DNA of 64,000 nucleotides, taken from a virus. Shown here one piece after another: positions 61,452 through 64,000 of the stretch. Below the pieces are notes generated by a model that was given only the letters and a program-made list of their open reading frames with translations, did no database searches and was not told the DNA's origin. Every line of letters starts with the position of its first letter. Position 1 is the stretch's first letter. A program made the position numbers and the translations under genes. Location: the IMG/VR virus record IMGVR_UViG_3300032288_005579; one strand, 5' to 3'.

Positions 61452-63761
61452 ATGATACAAAAAAGTTACGTAATGGTGGACACCATGGACAAGTTCCGTG
61501 CCATGGCAGACCACGTTAAAAATAACGACATAGTCGCTTTCGATACGGAAACAACGTCTCTCAATCCACGAAAAGGTAAGATCATCGGTTTCTCAGTCAC
61601 TCCGGAAATAGGTTACGGTTATTACGTACCTACGATGGTTTTTAAGGATGGAAACTTACAGGATACTTACATCGACGGCAAATTGACTCATGATCTCGCT
61701 AAGAAGTTCATGACTGCATTGACAACCAAGAAACTTGTGATGCACAACGGTTCATTCGACTGCCGCTTTGTCAAGTGCTTCTACGATGTTGATCTAATTC
61801 CCAGCTTATACGCGGATACTATACTGTTAGTTCATACTCTGATGGAAGAGGGCGCTGGATTCGGTTCAAAGTCTCCATTCGCTCTGAAGGAAATCGCTAA
61901 GACGATTCAGAACGAGATAGGACTTGACGTTGAGAAAGAAGCTAACGAGGAGCAAGTCGAACTTAAGAATTCTATTAAGAACAACGGAGGTTCAATAACT
62001 AAAGAGAATTACGAGATCTTTAAAGCAGACATTGAGATTCTCTCTAAGTATGCTGCGGCCGATACAGACTTAACACTTAGAGTGTTCAATTACTTCGAAC
62101 CGCAACTAGAGTCTCAAGGTCTAAGAAAGTTTTATTACGAAGACGAAGTCATGCCTCTTTACAGGGAAGTTACGATTCCCATGGAAAGTCGAGGCGTCAG
62201 ACTGAATATGCCGCTGATAACAGAGGCAAAGAACAGAATTAGTGAAGATCTAAAGAAGTACCAAGAACTGGTAATAAAAGAGCTTCTTGCTCACATAGAA
62301 GTCAGAACGTGGGTCATATATAAAGCTACTGAAGCTTATCCTCCTAACCACAAGGGAGCTTACGCTCAAGAACTGGTTTCCATGTACAACATAGATATAC
62401 CTAAGTCTGAAAAGACTGGAAAGTATAGCATAACTAACGCCAATGTATCTCAACTGCCAGATAACGAGATAAAAGAATTCTTGGTTACAGGCAACGCAGA
62501 GTCTCTACCTGAGGATGTAAGATTGAAGGTGAGCATGAAACTCTGGAAAGAGGATAACGCGGGTCAATACTTCAACATACAGTCTAAGGATCACTTAGGA
62601 GAAATAGCATTTGGTGCCTTAGGCATCCAACCCATTTCAGAGACAAAAACAGGTAAACCTCAATTCGATGAAGACATGATACAAATCATCGCTGAGGATC
62701 ACGATTGGGCCAAGAATTTGCGCATCTACAATAAGTTGATGAAGATCAGTTCTACTTACATGGATCGGTTCTTGGAAAGTCACGAAGATGGTAAGTACTA
62801 TTTTTCCTATAAGCAACACGGTACAGTTTCAGGTAGATACGGCTCAGACGCTCAACAGTTGCCAAGGCCAAAAGAGGAGGGTGAAGACGAACAAGTCATC
62901 GTTGAATACAACAACCTTGTTAGGGCGTTCTTCATACCTTACGATGGGAACATATTCATAGATAATGACTACGAATCTCTTGAACCCAAGACGTTCTCTC
63001 ACGTGTCAGGAGATGAGGGACTTATGGACATCTTCAGAAACAATTGGGATTTCTATTCTACGATCGCTATAAAAACCGAGAAACTTAATCAGTATTCTCC
63101 TGACAAAAAAGCCCCTAACTACTTAAGAAAGCTTGCTCCACAATTGCGCAACAAGGCCAAAGCGTATTCGTTGGGTATACCTTACGGTATGGGTGCATAT
63201 GCATTGGGTAAAAATATTGGAGTAAAGACTAAAGAAGCTGAAGAACTTGTAAATGGATATCTGAATGGATTTCCTAATCTTAAGAAGTGGATGGAGGAAT
63301 CTAAAGCGTTCGCCAAAGAAAACGGTTTCATAAAAACGCAAGTAGGTCGAATAAGACACTTACCAAAAGTTCAAATACTGTATAGCAAGTACGGAGACAG
63401 GCTATTCGATTACAAGTTCAAACTGCAGTTGGAGAAACAAAAGGGAAAAGAATACGTAACGAACATGTTCAGAGACTATAAGAACGGTCTGAACAACAGT
63501 CTAAACGTCCAGATACAGGGCTTAGCTGCATCAATCGTGAATAGGGCGGCGATCGCAATCAATCGTGAGTTCAAGAAACTTGGCATATCAGGTCAGGTCG
63601 TCGCCCAAATTCACGACCAGCTGATCATGGAGGTCGAAGAATCAAGATCTAAAGAAGCAGCAGAAGTCGTTCAGGATATGATGGAAAATACGACCAAGCT
63701 TAAGATACCTTTAGTAGCAATTCCTTCGATTGCCCATAATTGGAGAGATGGACATGGCTAA
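61452..63761 (+). CDS. polA: DNA polymerase family A with 3'-5' exonuclease
   Basis: Exo I FDTET, Exo II HNGSFD and Exo III YAAAD. TVSGRY, motif A DYESLE, motif B RNKAKAYSLGIPYG and motif C QIHDQL. Confidence 0.94.
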   Translation: MIQKSYVMVDTMDKFRAMADHVKNNDIVAFDTETTSLNPRKGKIIGFSVTPEIGYGYYVPTMVFKDGNLQDTYIDGKLTHDLAKKFMTALTTKKLVMHNGSFDCRFVKCFYDVDLIPSLYADTILLVHTLMEEGAGFGSKSPFALKEIAKTIQNEIGLDVEKEANEEQVELKNSIKNNGGSITKENYEIFKADIEILSKYAAADTDLTLRVFNYFEPQLESQGLRKFYYEDEVMPLYREVTIPMESRGVRLNMPLITEAKNRISEDLKKYQELVIKELLAHIEVRTWVIYKATEAYPPNHKGAYAQELVSMYNIDIPKSEKTGKYSITNANVSQLPDNEIKEFLVTGNAESLPEDVRLKVSMKLWKEDNAGQYFNIQSKDHLGEIAFGALGIQPISETKTGKPQFDEDMIQIIAEDHDWAKNLRIYNKLMKISSTYMDRFLESHEDGKYYFSYKQHGTVSGRYGSDAQQLPRPKEEGEDEQVIVEYNNLVRAFFIPYDGNIFIDNDYESLEPKTFSHVSGDEGLMDIFRNNWDFYSTIAIKTEKLNQYSPDKKAPNYLRKLAPQLRNKAKAYSLGIPYGMGAYALGKNIGVKTKEAEELVNGYLNGFPNLKKWMEESKAFAKENGFIKTQVGRIRHLPKVQILYSKYGDRLFDYKFKLQLEKQKGKEYVTNMFRDYKNGLNNSLNVQIQGLAASIVNRAAIAINREFKKLGISGQVVAQIHDQLIMEVEESRSKEAAEVVQDMMENTTKLKIPLVAIPSIAHNWRDGHG

Positions 63762-63846
63762 ATGCTACATAAAATATCAGTAATTCTTGTAGGGGCTTAT
63801 ATAAACAAACTGGTGGATACACGTGGAAATACTCTAAGTAATTGCA

Positions 63847-63854
63847 TATTTATA
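63847..63854 (+). promoter_or_regulatory. TATTTATA motif
   Basis: 26 nt upstream of ATG 63881. Confidence 0.65.
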
Positions 63855-63880
63855 GAAAAACAAACACAAACACAATAACT

Positions 63881-64000
63881 ATGATAGCGAACATCTTATT
63901 TTGGGTATTAGCAGCCGGAGTAATCGGATTCATCGGCTACAAATTCGTTCAAATGCAAAAAGACTCTAAAGGAGGAAACACTGGAAATACTTCTGGTGGT
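63881..64000 (+). CDS. Membrane-anchored protein, 3' partial
   Basis: MIANILFWVLAAGVIGFIGYKFVQMQKDSKGGNTGNTSGG, running off the window end. Confidence 0.6.
   Translation, partial: MIANILFWVLAAGVIGFIGYKFVQMQKDSKGGNTGNTSGG

Noticed and set aside
53832-63761. Inteins or group I introns in RecA, helicase, RNR or PolA
   Set aside because: Catalytic motifs are spaced normally and no homing endonuclease or splice-junction signature was recognised.
1-64000. Stop-codon reassignment as in some large phages
   Set aside because: Conserved genes are full-length in the standard code, and TAG (34528, 36533) and TGA (9683, 22479, 52500) end genes at sensible places.
1-64000. tRNA, rRNA, integrase or transposase genes
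   Set aside because: Intergenic gaps are mostly too short and none shows a cloverleaf. No recombinase or transposase motifs were recognised.

Overview
The window is a continuous, single-strand (+) segment of a large T4-like (contractile-tailed, probably jumbo) phage genome. The order is: terminase C-terminus, portal, internal head proteins, prohead protease, scaffold, major capsid, neck and tail terminator, two large Ser/Thr-rich repeat fibre proteins, a Gly-rich adhesin-like protein, a short S74 chaperone, and a 1626-aa protein made almost entirely of a T-P-T-I-S-I/V hexapeptide. A glycan-enzyme cluster follows (two GT60/Gnt1-like polypeptide GlcNAc-transferases, a NodU/CmcH carbamoyltransferase, an HtrL+GT-A fusion). 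Then come sheath, tube, another glycosyltransferase-like gene, tail chaperones, tape measure, baseplate and hub-amidase. The replication module holds a miniature PolA-like protein, SSB, RecA/UvsX, 5'-3' exonuclease, DnaB/gp41 helicase, NrdB/NrdA and a full PolA. The most striking observation is a candidate self-contained phage mucin-type O-glycosylation system: a mucin-like acceptor, initiating transferases and tailoring enzymes, placed in the late region. Other notable features are an intergenic TATTTAT(A/T) motif that is the reverse complement of the T4 late promoter, two different family A polymerases, and a matched take-off/landing sequence flanking the stop of the putative tail chaperone. 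All calls come from motif recognition by eye. No searches were run.
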